From positions 432,527 to 496,526 of the forward strand of contig BPJG01000001.1 of assembly GCA_026004495.1 (NCBI GenBank): DNA of 64,000 nucleotides. The letters are read 5' to 3'. Made by a program: the position numbers and the translations under genes. The notes beneath the pieces are model-generated. The model was given only the letters and a program-made list of their open reading frames with translations, ran no database searches and was not told the DNA's origin. Within the stretch, counting starts at the first letter, position 1. Each line of letters opens with the position of its first letter. This stretch comes from Candidatus Parcubacteria bacterium. Its GTDB lineage: Bacteria; Patescibacteriota; Minisyncoccia; UBA6257; HR35. This document shows positions 11,922 to 22,400 of this stretch, one piece after another.

Positions 11922-12589
11922 TTATTAGTTCTAACGCAAATAGTTAATCCGGATGAATTTCCTCCAACAAAATTATCTACTAATAAACCATTAAAAATAA
12001 TATGACCAAAATCAGGTGAATTGCCAAAGCAAAATAGCGGATTTCCAGCTTTTCCTAAACAAGTTCCACGCGCATCTTTCCACTCACCATCTTCACAGTT
12101 GTAAAAAGCTATTAAATCTTCTATATTTCCATAAATTTTAGCATCATTTACATAATATCCTCCTTCTGGCGCTGGAGTATATTTATAAAAATGAATTTCC
12201 CCAGTATAATTACCTCCACTAAAGTTTGGTGGTATTAAGTCAATAACTATATGATCGTTCGTACTTTGATTAACAGAATAAAGAAGGCTTCTACCGTAAA
12301 ATGGTTTTATTAAAAATTTATATCGATTTCTATTATCACTTGTGTTTGTTGAATAAAAATGAATTGTTGGGATATCTCTTGGGTCTTTCGATAATTCTAG
12401 ATTATAACTTCCGAAATTAGTGGAATATCTTAAATTAAAACCTTTATTATTGGTTTTAAATAGAGTATAAGCAAAATTTTGAGCATAAGAGATAATGTTT
12501 AATAAAAATGGTAAATTGATTAAAAATAAAATTATAAGTGTTGCTTTTAATAAGTTTTCTATAAACTTTAATGTTTTTTTGTTTTCCAT
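11918..12589 (-). CDS. Secreted Cys-rich protein, paralog 2 of a tandem triplet
   Basis: Hydrophobic N-terminus 'ATLIILFLINLPFLLNIISYAQN'; 'LFKTNNKGFNLRY'; C-terminus '...CLGKAGNPLFCFGNSPDF...SSGLTICVRTNK'. There is a 4-nt start/stop overlap with paralog 3. Confidence 0.7.
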   Translation of the reverse strand: MENKKTLKFIENLLKATLIILFLINLPFLLNIISYAQNFAYTLFKTNNKGFNLRYSTNFGSYNLELSKDPRDIPTIHFYSTNTSDNRNRYKFLIKPFYGRSLLYSVNQSTNDHIVIDLIPPNFSGGNYTGEIHFYKYTPAPEGGYYVNDAKIYGNIEDLIAFYNCEDGEWKDARGTCLGKAGNPLFCFGNSPDFGHIIFNGLLVDNFVGGNSSGLTICVRTNK

Positions 12590-12612
12590 TTTTTAAATTT
12601 TATTTATAAATA

Positions 12613-13323
12613 TTATTTCCTAACACAAATAGTTAAAGCAGTGTCATCACTCCCCGTATTACAATCACCAGTGCATATTTCTTGAAGAACCCTGCCCGCA
12701 CCTTGACTACCAAAACAATGTTGAGGGTTTCTATATTGCCTTGCATAATCAAAATAGTATCTATTATCTGTAGTTGTTGAAGCTCCTACTGGAGCTTGAC
12801 CTTCTTTATAATATCCAAATTTATTTAAACAAGTATTTACAGGATTTGAAACTAACCAATCAGCAGGGCTACAATTATAAATAGCAATTGAATCTTCTAA
12901 ATTAGCGTAGATTCTAGCTAATTTTACTATACCTCCTCGCTCTGTATCATTATATCGAAATATTACTGAAGTAGCATTTGGTTGAATTTCCATTGATATA
13001 TAACTTTCGCCACCATAATCATTTGGTACCGAAGAATAAATAATACTACCTGAATAGAAAGATGGTCTAATAGAAAATTTAGAAGAGATAGTTGAATTAT
13101 TAAGCCCAGAGTTGACATTATCATAACCAAATTTTAAAAAAGCTGAATCATTATCAGCTGAGATTTTAAATTCTAAATTCCTTAATTGATTAGTGATAAA
13201 TTTAAAACCGTTATTGTATGTTCTGAAAACAGTTTTTAAATTATAACTTTGACTTAGGGCAATGTTTATTATTGTAATAAATACCAAAATTAAATTTAAA
13301 ATTATCAATAATTTTAATTTCAT
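12613..13323 (-). CDS. Secreted Cys-rich protein, paralog 1 of a tandem triplet
   Basis: Signal peptide 'MKLKLLIILNLILVFITIINIALSQS'; 'VFRTYNNGFKFI'; 'IAIYNCSP...CLNKFGYYKEGQAP...CFGSQGAGR...CTGDCNTGSDDTALTICVRK'. The motif order is the same as in the other two. Confidence 0.7.
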   Translation of the reverse strand: MKLKLLIILNLILVFITIINIALSQSYNLKTVFRTYNNGFKFITNQLRNLEFKISADNDSAFLKFGYDNVNSGLNNSTISSKFSIRPSFYSGSIIYSSVPNDYGGESYISMEIQPNATSVIFRYNDTERGGIVKLARIYANLEDSIAIYNCSPADWLVSNPVNTCLNKFGYYKEGQAPVGASTTTDNRYYFDYARQYRNPQHCFGSQGAGRVLQEICTGDCNTGSDDTALTICVRK

Positions 13324-13444
13324 TTTTAATTTTATTAAATTTTAATAAATTTTAAGATTATTTTAAAATTATATAAAAAATTCTTTTAAATTCAATAATT
13401 ATTATTGTATATAATTAAATAAAAAATATAAAAAAAATAGAAAA

Positions 13445-14953
13445 ATGGAAATAATTCCTTTAGGTATTTCAAATTTTAGGGGTAGGGATATAAAATTTGG
13501 CATAAAGAGAGATGATAGAAGAAGACATATGTATATTATTGGAAAAACAGGTAGTGGAAAAACGACTCTGTTGGAAAATTTAATTTTCTATGATATTGTT
13601 TCTGGTGAGGGGATGGGGTATTTAGATCCTCACGGTGATAGCATTATGAGGATTTTATCTTATATTCCTAAAGAGAGAATTGAAGATGTAATTTACTTTG
13701 ATCCAGCTGATTTAAATTATCCTATTTCCTTTAATCCTCTAGAGAATGTTAGTTATGAGGCTAGGCATATTGTAGCCTCAAGTATTTTATCTGTAATGAA
13801 AAAAATTTGGGTAGATGCGTGGTCGGCTAGAATGGAATATATTCTTTTAAATACTTTATTAGCTTTATTAGAACATCCTAATTCAACACTATTAGATATT
13901 AATCGCTTATTGGGAGATATTAATTTTAGAAAAAAGATAGTTTCTAATTTAAAAGATCCAGTTGTTAAAAATTTTTGGGATAAAGAATTTGCTAATTATC
14001 ATACTAATTTTAGAACTGAAGCTATTGCGCCAATTCAAAACAAGATAGGTCAATTTATTTCAAGTCCTTTAATAAGAAATATAATTGGCCAAGAGAAAAG
14101 TTCCTTTGATTTAAGAGAGGCAATGGATAGAAAAAAAATATTTTTAGCTAACTTATCTAAGGGAAAATTGGGTGAAGAAAATTCAATGTTATTAGGTGGT
14201 CTTTTAATTACTAAATTTCAATTAACAGCAATGAGTCGAGTTGATGTTCCAGAAGATCAAAGATTAGATTTTTATCTTTATGTTGATGAATTTCAAAATT
14301 TTGCTACCGAATCTTTTGTCAATATTCTTTCTGAAGCGAGAAAATATAGATTAAATTTAATTATAGCCCATCAATATTTAGAGCAAGTACCAGAAAATAT
14401 TATAAAATCTGTTTTCGGTAATGTAGGTAATTTAATTATCTTTCGTTGTGGAAGCTTTGATGCTGAAATTTTTGCTAAAGAATTAATCGATATTCAACCA
14501 TATGAGCTTGTTAATCTGCCAAAATATTACGCTGTTTTTAGATTAGTTGTGGATGGTTTTCAGGTTAGACCATTTATGGGAATAACTTACCCACCTAAAC
14601 CATTGCCTGAGATTGATTATAAAGATGAAATAATTAAAATTTCAAGATTAAAGTTTTGCAGAAATAAAAAGATAATTGAAAATAAAATTTATTCCAAATA
14701 TCAAGAAGCAAGAAATAACAATATGATATTAAAAGAATGTTCTCAATGCCATCAAGAATTTTGGATAGATTCTAAATCTGAAAAAAATATTTGTTATGAA
14801 TGTGAAGAAAAAGGTAAAGAGGGTTTTAGTTTATTAAGTTTAGATTCTAAAAATTTTACAGTTTCAATAAAGAAAAAACCTGATTATTTTATCAAGGAAA
14901 AAAACGATGAGAAAATTGTCGATGATTTATTAAAGAAAATTTTAAATGAATAA
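13445..14953 (+). CDS. Soluble TrwB/TraD/VirD4-family (coupling-protein-like) P-loop ATPase with a C-terminal zinc ribbon
   Basis: Walker A 'IIGKTGSGKTTLLENL' is followed by 'YLDPHGD' (compare TrwB 'IVDPNGD'). Walker B is 'FYLYVDEFQNF', then 'LNLIIAHQYLEQ'. There is no N-terminal TM helix. The C-terminal 'CSQCHQEFWIDSKSEKNICYECEE' is a C4 ribbon. The last 8 nt overlap the efp start. Confidence 0.6.
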   Translation: MEIIPLGISNFRGRDIKFGIKRDDRRRHMYIIGKTGSGKTTLLENLIFYDIVSGEGMGYLDPHGDSIMRILSYIPKERIEDVIYFDPADLNYPISFNPLENVSYEARHIVASSILSVMKKIWVDAWSARMEYILLNTLLALLEHPNSTLLDINRLLGDINFRKKIVSNLKDPVVKNFWDKEFANYHTNFRTEAIAPIQNKIGQFISSPLIRNIIGQEKSSFDLREAMDRKKIFLANLSKGKLGEENSMLLGGLLITKFQLTAMSRVDVPEDQRLDFYLYVDEFQNFATESFVNILSEARKYRLNLIIAHQYLEQVPENIIKSVFGNVGNLIIFRCGSFDAEIFAKELIDIQPYELVNLPKYYAVFRLVVDGFQVRPFMGITYPPKPLPEIDYKDEIIKISRLKFCRNKKIIENKIYSKYQEARNNNMILKECSQCHQEFWIDSKSEKNICYECEEKGKEGFSLLSLDSKNFTVSIKKKPDYFIKEKNDEKIVDDLLKKILNE

Positions 14954-15509
14954 AATTAAATTTAAAAATTTAACCGAAGGAGATATTATTGAAATTGATA
15001 GTAATTTATGGGAAGTTTTAGATTTATCTCATTCTCATTTAGGTAGAGGTGGAGCCAATCTTAGAATTAAACTTAAAAATATAATTAATAATACTACTTT
15101 ATTTAGGAATTTTAATCCCGATGATGAAGCAGTTTTAATTGAAATTACTAAAAAACCAATTAAATTTATCTATAGCAAAAATAACCTCTATTATTTTTTA
15201 GATAATGAAAATGTTAAACACCAATTGAGCGTTGAAATATTAGGCTCTAAAGTTAATTTTATTAAAAAAGATTTAGATATTCAGGGCTTATTTAAAGATA
15301 GTAAACTTATAAATATTGTTTTACCTATAAAAGTTAAATATTTAGTAACCGAAGCACCGCCTGGAATTAAAGGAGATTCTCAAAAAAATAATAATAAATT
15401 GGTTTCAATTGAAACTGGGTATAAATTATCAGTTCCTTTATTTATTGAAAAAGGGGATTATATTATTATTAATACTGAAACAGGTGAATATGTCGAGCGC
15501 TTTAAATAA
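14946..15509 (+). CDS. efp: Translation elongation factor P
   Basis: 'HLGRGGANLRIKLKNIINNTTLFRNF' matches the EF-P KOW-like domain (site of the modified Lys). Length 187 aa. Confidence 0.85.
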   Translation: MNKIKFKNLTEGDIIEIDSNLWEVLDLSHSHLGRGGANLRIKLKNIINNTTLFRNFNPDDEAVLIEITKKPIKFIYSKNNLYYFLDNENVKHQLSVEILGSKVNFIKKDLDIQGLFKDSKLINIVLPIKVKYLVTEAPPGIKGDSQKNNNKLVSIETGYKLSVPLFIEKGDYIIINTETGEYVERFK

Positions 15510-15513
15510 AATA

Positions 15514-16488
15514 CTAATTTAATCCCAATTTACTCATAATTAAATTTAAGTTATTGTTTGCTATTTTGTTTAATTTAATAGCTGATTGTTTAAAAATTTT
15601 ATTTATTTCTTGATTGGTGATCTTATTTTTTGCTAGTCTAGCTTTTTTAAAATAACTCATAAAAGAATTATAAATTTCTAATTTAAATTCATAATAGCCT
15701 TTATTTTTAAAATTATTTTCAATTTCAGAATAAGTCTTTTTTGTTAAATATTTATAAATAGTCATCAAATTGCTAATACCTGGCTTATGTGAGGGATCGA
15801 ATTTTACTTCGTTATCTGAATCAGTTATTGCTTTTAGTATTTTTTGTTTTATTTCTTTTTCGGGCGCAAAAATTTCTAAACAACCTTCTGGTTCTGATTT
15901 GGACATCTTTTTAGATGGATTTATTAAGCTCATTATTTTAGCAGTTTCATTGGGAATATAAGCTTTGGGTATTTTAAGTTTGGTATTAAATCTTTTATTA
16001 AACTTTCTGACTAATTCTCGGCATAATTCAAGATGTTGTTTTTGATCTTCGCCAACGGGGACTAAATCAACATTATAAATAAGAATATCTGCTGACATTA
16101 ATACAGGATAAAGCAAAATTCCAGATCCTACTCCAGTTTTTTTATACTTTTCGCTTTGTTCCTTAAATTCATGCATTCTCATCAGTTCGCCGACAGAAGC
16201 TACAGTTGATAAAAACCAAAATAAATAAAGATGGGCAGGAATATCAGATTGTTTAAAAATAATTGTTTTTTTAGGATTAATACCTAAGGCTATTAATGAT
16301 TTAACAATATCATAGGTTAAGAAGCTTAATTCTCTGGTTGAATAAGGAACTGTTTGAGCATGAAGATTGGCAATCATTAATAAAACCTGATATCTATTTT
16401 GCATTTCAATAAGTTCTCTAATGACCGAGAGATAATTACCTAAATGTAGCTTACCAGTTGGTTTAATTCCTGTTAGTATTCTTTTCAT
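15514..16488 (-). CDS. trpS: Tryptophan--tRNA ligase
   Basis: 'ILTGIKPTGKLHLGNYLS' (HIGH-type) and 'KMSKSEPEG' (KMSKS). Length 324 aa. Confidence 0.93.
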   Translation of the reverse strand: MKRILTGIKPTGKLHLGNYLSVIRELIEMQNRYQVLLMIANLHAQTVPYSTRELSFLTYDIVKSLIALGINPKKTIIFKQSDIPAHLYLFWFLSTVASVGELMRMHEFKEQSEKYKKTGVGSGILLYPVLMSADILIYNVDLVPVGEDQKQHLELCRELVRKFNKRFNTKLKIPKAYIPNETAKIMSLINPSKKMSKSEPEGCLEIFAPEKEIKQKILKAITDSDNEVKFDPSHKPGISNLMTIYKYLTKKTYSEIENNFKNKGYYEFKLEIYNSFMSYFKKARLAKNKITNQEINKIFKQSAIKLNKIANNNLNLIMSKLGLN

Positions 16489-17941
16489 TTTTAATTAATC
16501 TTTTAACCAATAAATTAAATTTTTTACCTCGATCAAATTCATTTTTAAATTTTTCGAAAGAAGATCCTGCTGGAGAAAACAAAATTATATTATGTTTTTT
16601 ATTCTCTTTGGTTAATTCTAAGGCTTTATTAAGGCAATCTCTTAAATCATCAAAAATATTATATTTATCTAAATTATAATTTATTTTATTTAATTCTTTA
16701 ATAATTTTTTGAGAAGCAGTTCCACTTAAAATAATTAAGTTTTGTGGCTCAACTTTTTGCTTAATTGACTTAGCTAATTCTTGAAAATTTAGATTTTTAT
16801 CTTTCCCACCCACTATAAGAATTAAATTATGATTAGCCTGATGAAATCTTTTTATGGCTTCGATTGTGGCTTGAGGAGTAGTGCTAGCCGAATCGTTGAT
16901 AATACTTAAATTATTCCCTTGATAGATAATTTGTTGCCTAAATTCAGGTAGATTTAATTTATTTAAATATTTTTCTAACAAACTCCAGTTTATTTTTATA
17001 TTTTTTTCATAACTATATAAGTAAAGGGCAAGAATTGAATTTAGTAAATTATAGAGATTATGAACACCTAGGTATTTTAGTTTTTTATTAGGCGTTAATT
17101 TAATTAATTGACTTTTATGCTTAATAATTATTTTATCTTTTTGGTAAAAAATACCGTTTAAATTATTACCAATAATTTTTTGAGATACATAAAATGTTTG
17201 ACTTTGAGGTTTAAATTTAAGAAAAAATTTAGTCCAGTCGTTATCATAATTTAAAATCAGAAAATCTTTTTTTGTTTGATTTAAAAAAATTTTTGCTTTA
17301 ATTGAAGCATATTCTTCCATGGTAGCATATCTATCAAGATGATCTTCGTAAAGATTTGTTATAATAGAGATTTTGGGTGCTTTTAATTTTTTTTTATAAA
17401 ATTCCAATTGAAATGAAGATATTTCTAAGACAAATAAATTACTTGGTTCGTCTATCAATTTTAATAAACCCCTTGTTGGCTGATTACCACCTAAAACAAT
17501 GTTTTTATCGAAAAATTTTTTAAATAATTGATATGTTAAAAATGAGGTAGTAGTTTTACCTCTTGTTCCAGTTATGGCAATAATATCAGTATTAACTAAT
17601 TTGAAAAATAAATAACAATCATTAATAATAATTTTGTTTTTTTTCTTAGCACATTTAATGAAATTATTTTTATAACTAATAGCTGGATTTACAACAATTA
17701 TTTCTGCCCAATCAAAATCTTCGTAATTATGACTTCCAAGGGTATATTTAATTTTGTGAGGATATTTATATTTTTCTTTTAAGCGATTTATTATTTTAAT
17801 TTGATTTTTTAATTCATCTATTTTTTTTAAATCAGTAATTCTTATTTTAGATTTGTTTTTAATAAAAAATTCTACATTTGCTAATCCGCCGCCTAAAATT
17901 CCTAAGCCAAAAATTAAGACGTTCTTATTTTTTAATACCAT
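16463..17941 (-). CDS. murD: UDP-N-acetylmuramoylalanine--D-glutamate ligase-like Mur ligase
   Basis: N-terminal Rossmann 'VLIFGLGILGGGLA'; Mur ligase central P-loop 'IAITGTRGKTTTSFL'; 'DSASTTPQA' C-domain block. Confidence 0.8.
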   Translation of the reverse strand: MVLKNKNVLIFGLGILGGGLANVEFFIKNKSKIRITDLKKIDELKNQIKIINRLKEKYKYPHKIKYTLGSHNYEDFDWAEIIVVNPAISYKNNFIKCAKKKNKIIINDCYLFFKLVNTDIIAITGTRGKTTTSFLTYQLFKKFFDKNIVLGGNQPTRGLLKLIDEPSNLFVLEISSFQLEFYKKKLKAPKISIITNLYEDHLDRYATMEEYASIKAKIFLNQTKKDFLILNYDNDWTKFFLKFKPQSQTFYVSQKIIGNNLNGIFYQKDKIIIKHKSQLIKLTPNKKLKYLGVHNLYNLLNSILALYLYSYEKNIKINWSLLEKYLNKLNLPEFRQQIIYQGNNLSIINDSASTTPQATIEAIKRFHQANHNLILIVGGKDKNLNFQELAKSIKQKVEPQNLIILSGTASQKIIKELNKINYNLDKYNIFDDLRDCLNKALELTKENKKHNIILFSPAGSSFEKFKNEFDRGKKFNLLVKRLIKNEKNTNRN

Positions 17942-18017
17942 CTTTATAATTATAATCTATCTATTATTTAACAATTATTTTTTTAATATAATTTATAAAA
18001 TTTATTCTAAAATTTTA

Positions 18018-18419
18018 ATGTTTAAAGTCTTAGCTCATACAGCAGATATAAAATTTAAAATTGAGGCTAACAATTTTGAGGGTATTATTAAAGATTCTCT
18101 TAGGGCGATTAATTATTATTTATCTCCTAAGTATAAAGACAGAACTAAAAATTTGGAAAAAAATTTTTCAAAAAAGATTGAAAATAAATTTAATGAATTT
18201 TTGATAGATTTTTTAAATGAAATTTTAGCCTTAACATATATTAAAAAAAGAATCTTTAGAATAAGGAAGATTAATCTAAATAACAAAATTTTAAAATTAA
18301 CTTTAGTTGGTTATTCTTATAATTCTTTAGAAAGAGAAATAAAATCTATAACCTATCATCAATCAAAAATATATAAGAAAAATAATAAATATTTTTTTGA
18401 ATTTATAGTTGATGTATAG
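18018..18419 (+). CDS. Archease
   Basis: '[31 protein letters not shown]' matches the archease N-terminus (HTAD motif). The ORF-track start at 17853 overlaps murD on the opposite strand, so the ATG at 18018 is preferred. Confidence 0.7.
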   Translation: MFKVLAHTADIKFKIEANNFEGIIKDSLRAINYYLSPKYKDRTKNLEKNFSKKIENKFNEFLIDFLNEILALTYIKKRIFRIRKINLNNKILKLTLVGYSYNSLEREIKSITYHQSKIYKKNNKYFFEFIVDV

Positions 18420-18690
18420 GTTCAACCTCTATTATTTTTATCCATCGTTCTTTTTTGTTAAAACCAAGCTTTCTTTTTGTTTTAAATTTTACTTTGCCAT
18501 AAATTTTTGAATGAATAGTGAAATCCTTTCCCATAAAAGTATTATTACCGGGATAAAATTTAGTTCCTCGTTGACGAACAATTATATCTCCTGGTTTAAC
18601 AATTTCACCGCCAAATTTTTTAATTCCCAATCTTTTACTAATAGAATCTCTGGTTGATTTTGCTGCTCCTGATGCTTTTTTTTCTGCCAT
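18403..18690 (-). CDS. rpmA: 50S ribosomal protein L27
   Basis: '[45 protein letters not shown]' is the L27 signature. Confidence 0.93.
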   Translation of the reverse strand: MAEKKASGAAKSTRDSISKRLGIKKFGGEIVKPGDIIVRQRGTKFYPGNNTFMGKDFTIHSKIYGKVKFKTKRKLGFNKKERWIKIIEVEPIHQL

Positions 18691-18734
18691 GGTTTAGAAA
18701 TATTATAAATTAAAATTTATAAATGTTCAATAAT

Positions 18735-19340
18735 TTAAATATTGTTTAAATAATTTTTTAAAAATGTTTTTCTATGGTAGGAAGAAATGCCGTATTTTAA
18801 GATTGATCTAAAATGATCAGAAGTGCCATAACCTTTATTATGTTTAAAATTATAAAGATTAATTTTTGAATTTAGATTTATCATATATTCATCTCTTAAT
18901 ACTTTAGAAATAATAGAAATTGCACCTAATGAAATCAATAAGCTATCTCCTTTAATTATAAATTTTGTATGTTTTATTTTGTCTTTAATTTTTTTTATTT
19001 CTCTTCCGTCAATTAAAATTAGATTAGGCTTAAAAAGATTATTTAATTCAAAAACTGCTTTCAAAAAACAATTACCGATACCTAATTTATCAACTTTTTT
19101 ATTATTAAATTTTATTATTTTATATTTTATTTTTAATTTTTTTATTTTTTCAAAGATTTCTTTTCTTTTTGAGGAAGATAATTTTTTTGAATCTTTAATA
19201 GGTATTTGTTTTAATTCTTGATATTTATTATAGGTTAATAAAATTCCACCGATAAAAAAAGGTCCAGCTAAACTTCCTCGACCTACTTCATCGATTGCTA
19301 AAATTTTTTTATAACCTTTTTTAAATAATTTATCTTCCAT
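18735..19340 (-). CDS. rnhB: Ribonuclease HII
   Basis: 'ILAIDEVGRGSLAGPFFIGGIL' is the RNase HII catalytic DEDD N-motif. Confidence 0.85.
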   Translation of the reverse strand: MEDKLFKKGYKKILAIDEVGRGSLAGPFFIGGILLTYNKYQELKQIPIKDSKKLSSSKRKEIFEKIKKLKIKYKIIKFNNKKVDKLGIGNCFLKAVFELNNLFKPNLILIDGREIKKIKDKIKHTKFIIKGDSLLISLGAISIISKVLRDEYMINLNSKINLYNFKHNKGYGTSDHFRSILKYGISSYHRKTFLKNYLNNI

Positions 19341-19473
19341 AAATAAATCTCAGATAGATATCCTCTAGTTATTGTTAATTAATTATAATTTTATTATTTT
19401 TAATAACCTTTAAAATTATTTTATAAGAATTTTTTTTATTAAAAAATTATTTTTATTTTATAATGTTTTCAAA

Positions 19474-22400
19474 ATGAAATTTACCCATCTTCATGTTCAT
19501 ACTCATTATAGCCTGTTGGATGGATTGGCTAAAATAGATAATTTAGTTAAAAGAGCAAATGAATTAGGCTATGATTCGTTAGCTATTACGGACCATGGCA
19601 ATCTTTATGGAATAATTGAGTTTTATAAAATATGTAAAAAAAATAACATTAAACCAATAATTGGAGTTGAAGCTTATTTAGCTCAAAGAAGAATCACTGA
19701 TAGGGTTCCTAAATTAGATTCTAAAAGTTATCATTTGACGTTATTAGCTAAAAATTATCAAGGATATAAAAATTTAATTAAATTGATTACTTTAGCTCAT
19801 TTAGAGGGTTTTTACTATAAGCCTCGAATAGATAAAGAAATTTTAAGACAGCATAGCGAAGGATTAATTATTCTTTCAGGATGTTTAAATGGAGAAATAC
19901 CAAAGCTTATTTTAAATAATAGATATCAAGAAGCAAAAAATACTGTTTTTGAGTATCTTGATATAGTAGGAAAAGATAATTTTTATTTAGAGATTCAAAA
20001 GCATCCTAATATTCCAGATAGCTTGAAAGTTTATAAAGCATTAATTAAACTTTCAGAAGAAACAAAAGTGCCATTAGTTGCTACCCAAGATGTTCATTAC
20101 GTCTATAAAGAAGATAGAGATATTCATGATATATTTTTAGCTATTCAAACAGGTAAAGATATTGAAGAAAAAGATAGATTAACAATAAAAGATGATTTTT
20201 TCCATCTAAGCAGTCAAGAGGAGATATTTGAACTTTTTAAAGATTTACCAGAAGCAATTGAAAATACTCAAAAAATTGTAGCCTATTGTAATTTAGAAAT
20301 TGAAATGAATAAGATTCATTCTCCAGTTTATCATATACCAAATGGTCTAACTCCTGATGAATATTTGAAAAAAATAACTTTAGCTAAATTAATTGAGAAA
20401 AATAAAAAAAATAAAGAATACGAAGATCGTTTAAATTATGAATTAGAAGTAATTAAAAAAACAGGATTCGCTTCATATTTCTTAATAGTTCAAGATTTCG
20501 TTAATTGGGCAAAGGATAATAATATAAAAGTTGGACCAGGTAGAGGTTCGGCTGCAGGTAGTCTGGTTTCTTATCTTTTAGGTATAACCGAAATAGATCC
20601 TATAAAGTATGATTTAATTTTTGAAAGATTTTTAACCCCAGAAAGAATTAATTTCCCTGATATTGATGTTGATTTTTCTGATATTAAAAGAAATAAAATA
20701 ATTGAGTATTTAAAAAATAGATATGGCCAAGATAAGGTTGCTCAAATTTTAACTTTCGGTAAAATGGGCTCTAGAGCTGCTATTAGAGATGCTGGTAGGG
20801 CTCTAGGTTTACCCTATAGTTTTTGTGATAAGATTGCTAAATTAATTTCTCACCAAGATACTATTGATGAAGCTTTGGAACGTGAAGATTTGTTAAAGAT
20901 TTATCAAGGTGATCAACAAGCTAAAAAACTTTTAGATATTGCTAAAAAATTAGAAGGAACCGTAAGACATGTTTCTGTTCATGCTTCAGGTGTTATTATT
21001 ACTCCATTAAATTTAACCGAATATTTACCACTTCAATATGCTCCGCAAGAAAATTCAATTATCACTCAATATGATATGTATACTATTGAAGAATTGGGAT
21101 TATTAAAATTAGATCTTTTAGGCTTAAGAACTCTTTCAGAAATAGAAACTGCCTTAGATTTAATTAAGCAAAGAAGAAATATTGAAGTAAATTTAGACTC
21201 CGAAAAATTGGATGATCAAAATGTTTATGAAATTTATCGTCATGGAGATACAGTTGGTGTTTTCCAGGTTGAAAGCAAGGGAATGACTGATTATCTTACC
21301 AAACTTAAGCCTAATAATATTAATGATATTAACGCAATGATAGCTTTATATCGACCAGGTCCGATTGAATTAATTCCAACTTATATTAAACGAAAAAATA
21401 AACAGGAACCTATTACTTACTTACATAATTCCCTAGAACCAATATTAAAAGAAACATATGGTATAGCTGTTTATCAGGAACAGTTAATGAAAATAGCTCA
21501 AATTTTAGCTAATTTTAGCCTGAGAGAAGCAGATGTTTTAAGAAAGGCAATAGGTAAAAAAATACCTCATTTGTTAGAAGAGCAGAAAACAAAAATGATC
21601 CAAGGAATGATAAATAATGGTATTGATAAAGAAACTGCCGAAAAAATATGGAGTTGGTATGAACCATTTGCTAGATATGGATTTAATAAAAGTCATAGTA
21701 TTGCTTACTCTATTATATCTTATCAAACTGCTTATCTTAAAAGATACTTCATAATTGAATTTCTAACTTCTTTATTTATTCATGAAGGTAGTGATATTGA
21801 AAGAATTAAAGACCTTTTTGAAGATTGCAAAAAACATAATATTAAAGTTTTACCTCCAGATATTAACGAAAGTTATGAAGATTTTACTATTATTGACAAT
21901 AATACAATAAGATTTGGTTTAGCTTCAATTAAAAATGTGGGTAAAAAGTTAACCCACGAAATTATCGAAGAGAGAAATAAAAATGGTCCTTATAAAACTT
22001 TTTCTAATTTTCTTAATAGAACTAAAAACTCCAAAGATTTAAATAGAAAATCTTTAGAAAGTTTAATAAAAGTTGGTGTTTTTGATAGTTTAATTAAGAG
22101 AGATTTAATTTATTATAATTTAGACACGATAATAGAATTTGTAAACAAAATTAAAAACTTTACTTATACTGGCAATCGTCTTTTTGGTGGTGAAAGTGAA
22201 TTAATTTTAAATAATAAAAAAGAAATATCTATATTTGAAAGATTAAAGTGGGAAAAAGAATTATTAGGTGTATATATATCTGGTCATCCACTAAATTTAA
22301 TAAAAAATAACAATCATAATAAAATTATTGATATTAAAAAATATAAAGAAAATATTAAAGTTAGAATATTAGGAATCATTAATTCAATTAAAAGGATAAT

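Noticed and set aside
11181-13323. Multiple N-x-S/T sequons in the three secreted paralogs, as evidence of glycosylation.
   Set aside because: Sequons are expected by chance in Asn-rich proteins from AT-rich genomes. No oligosaccharyltransferase is in the window.
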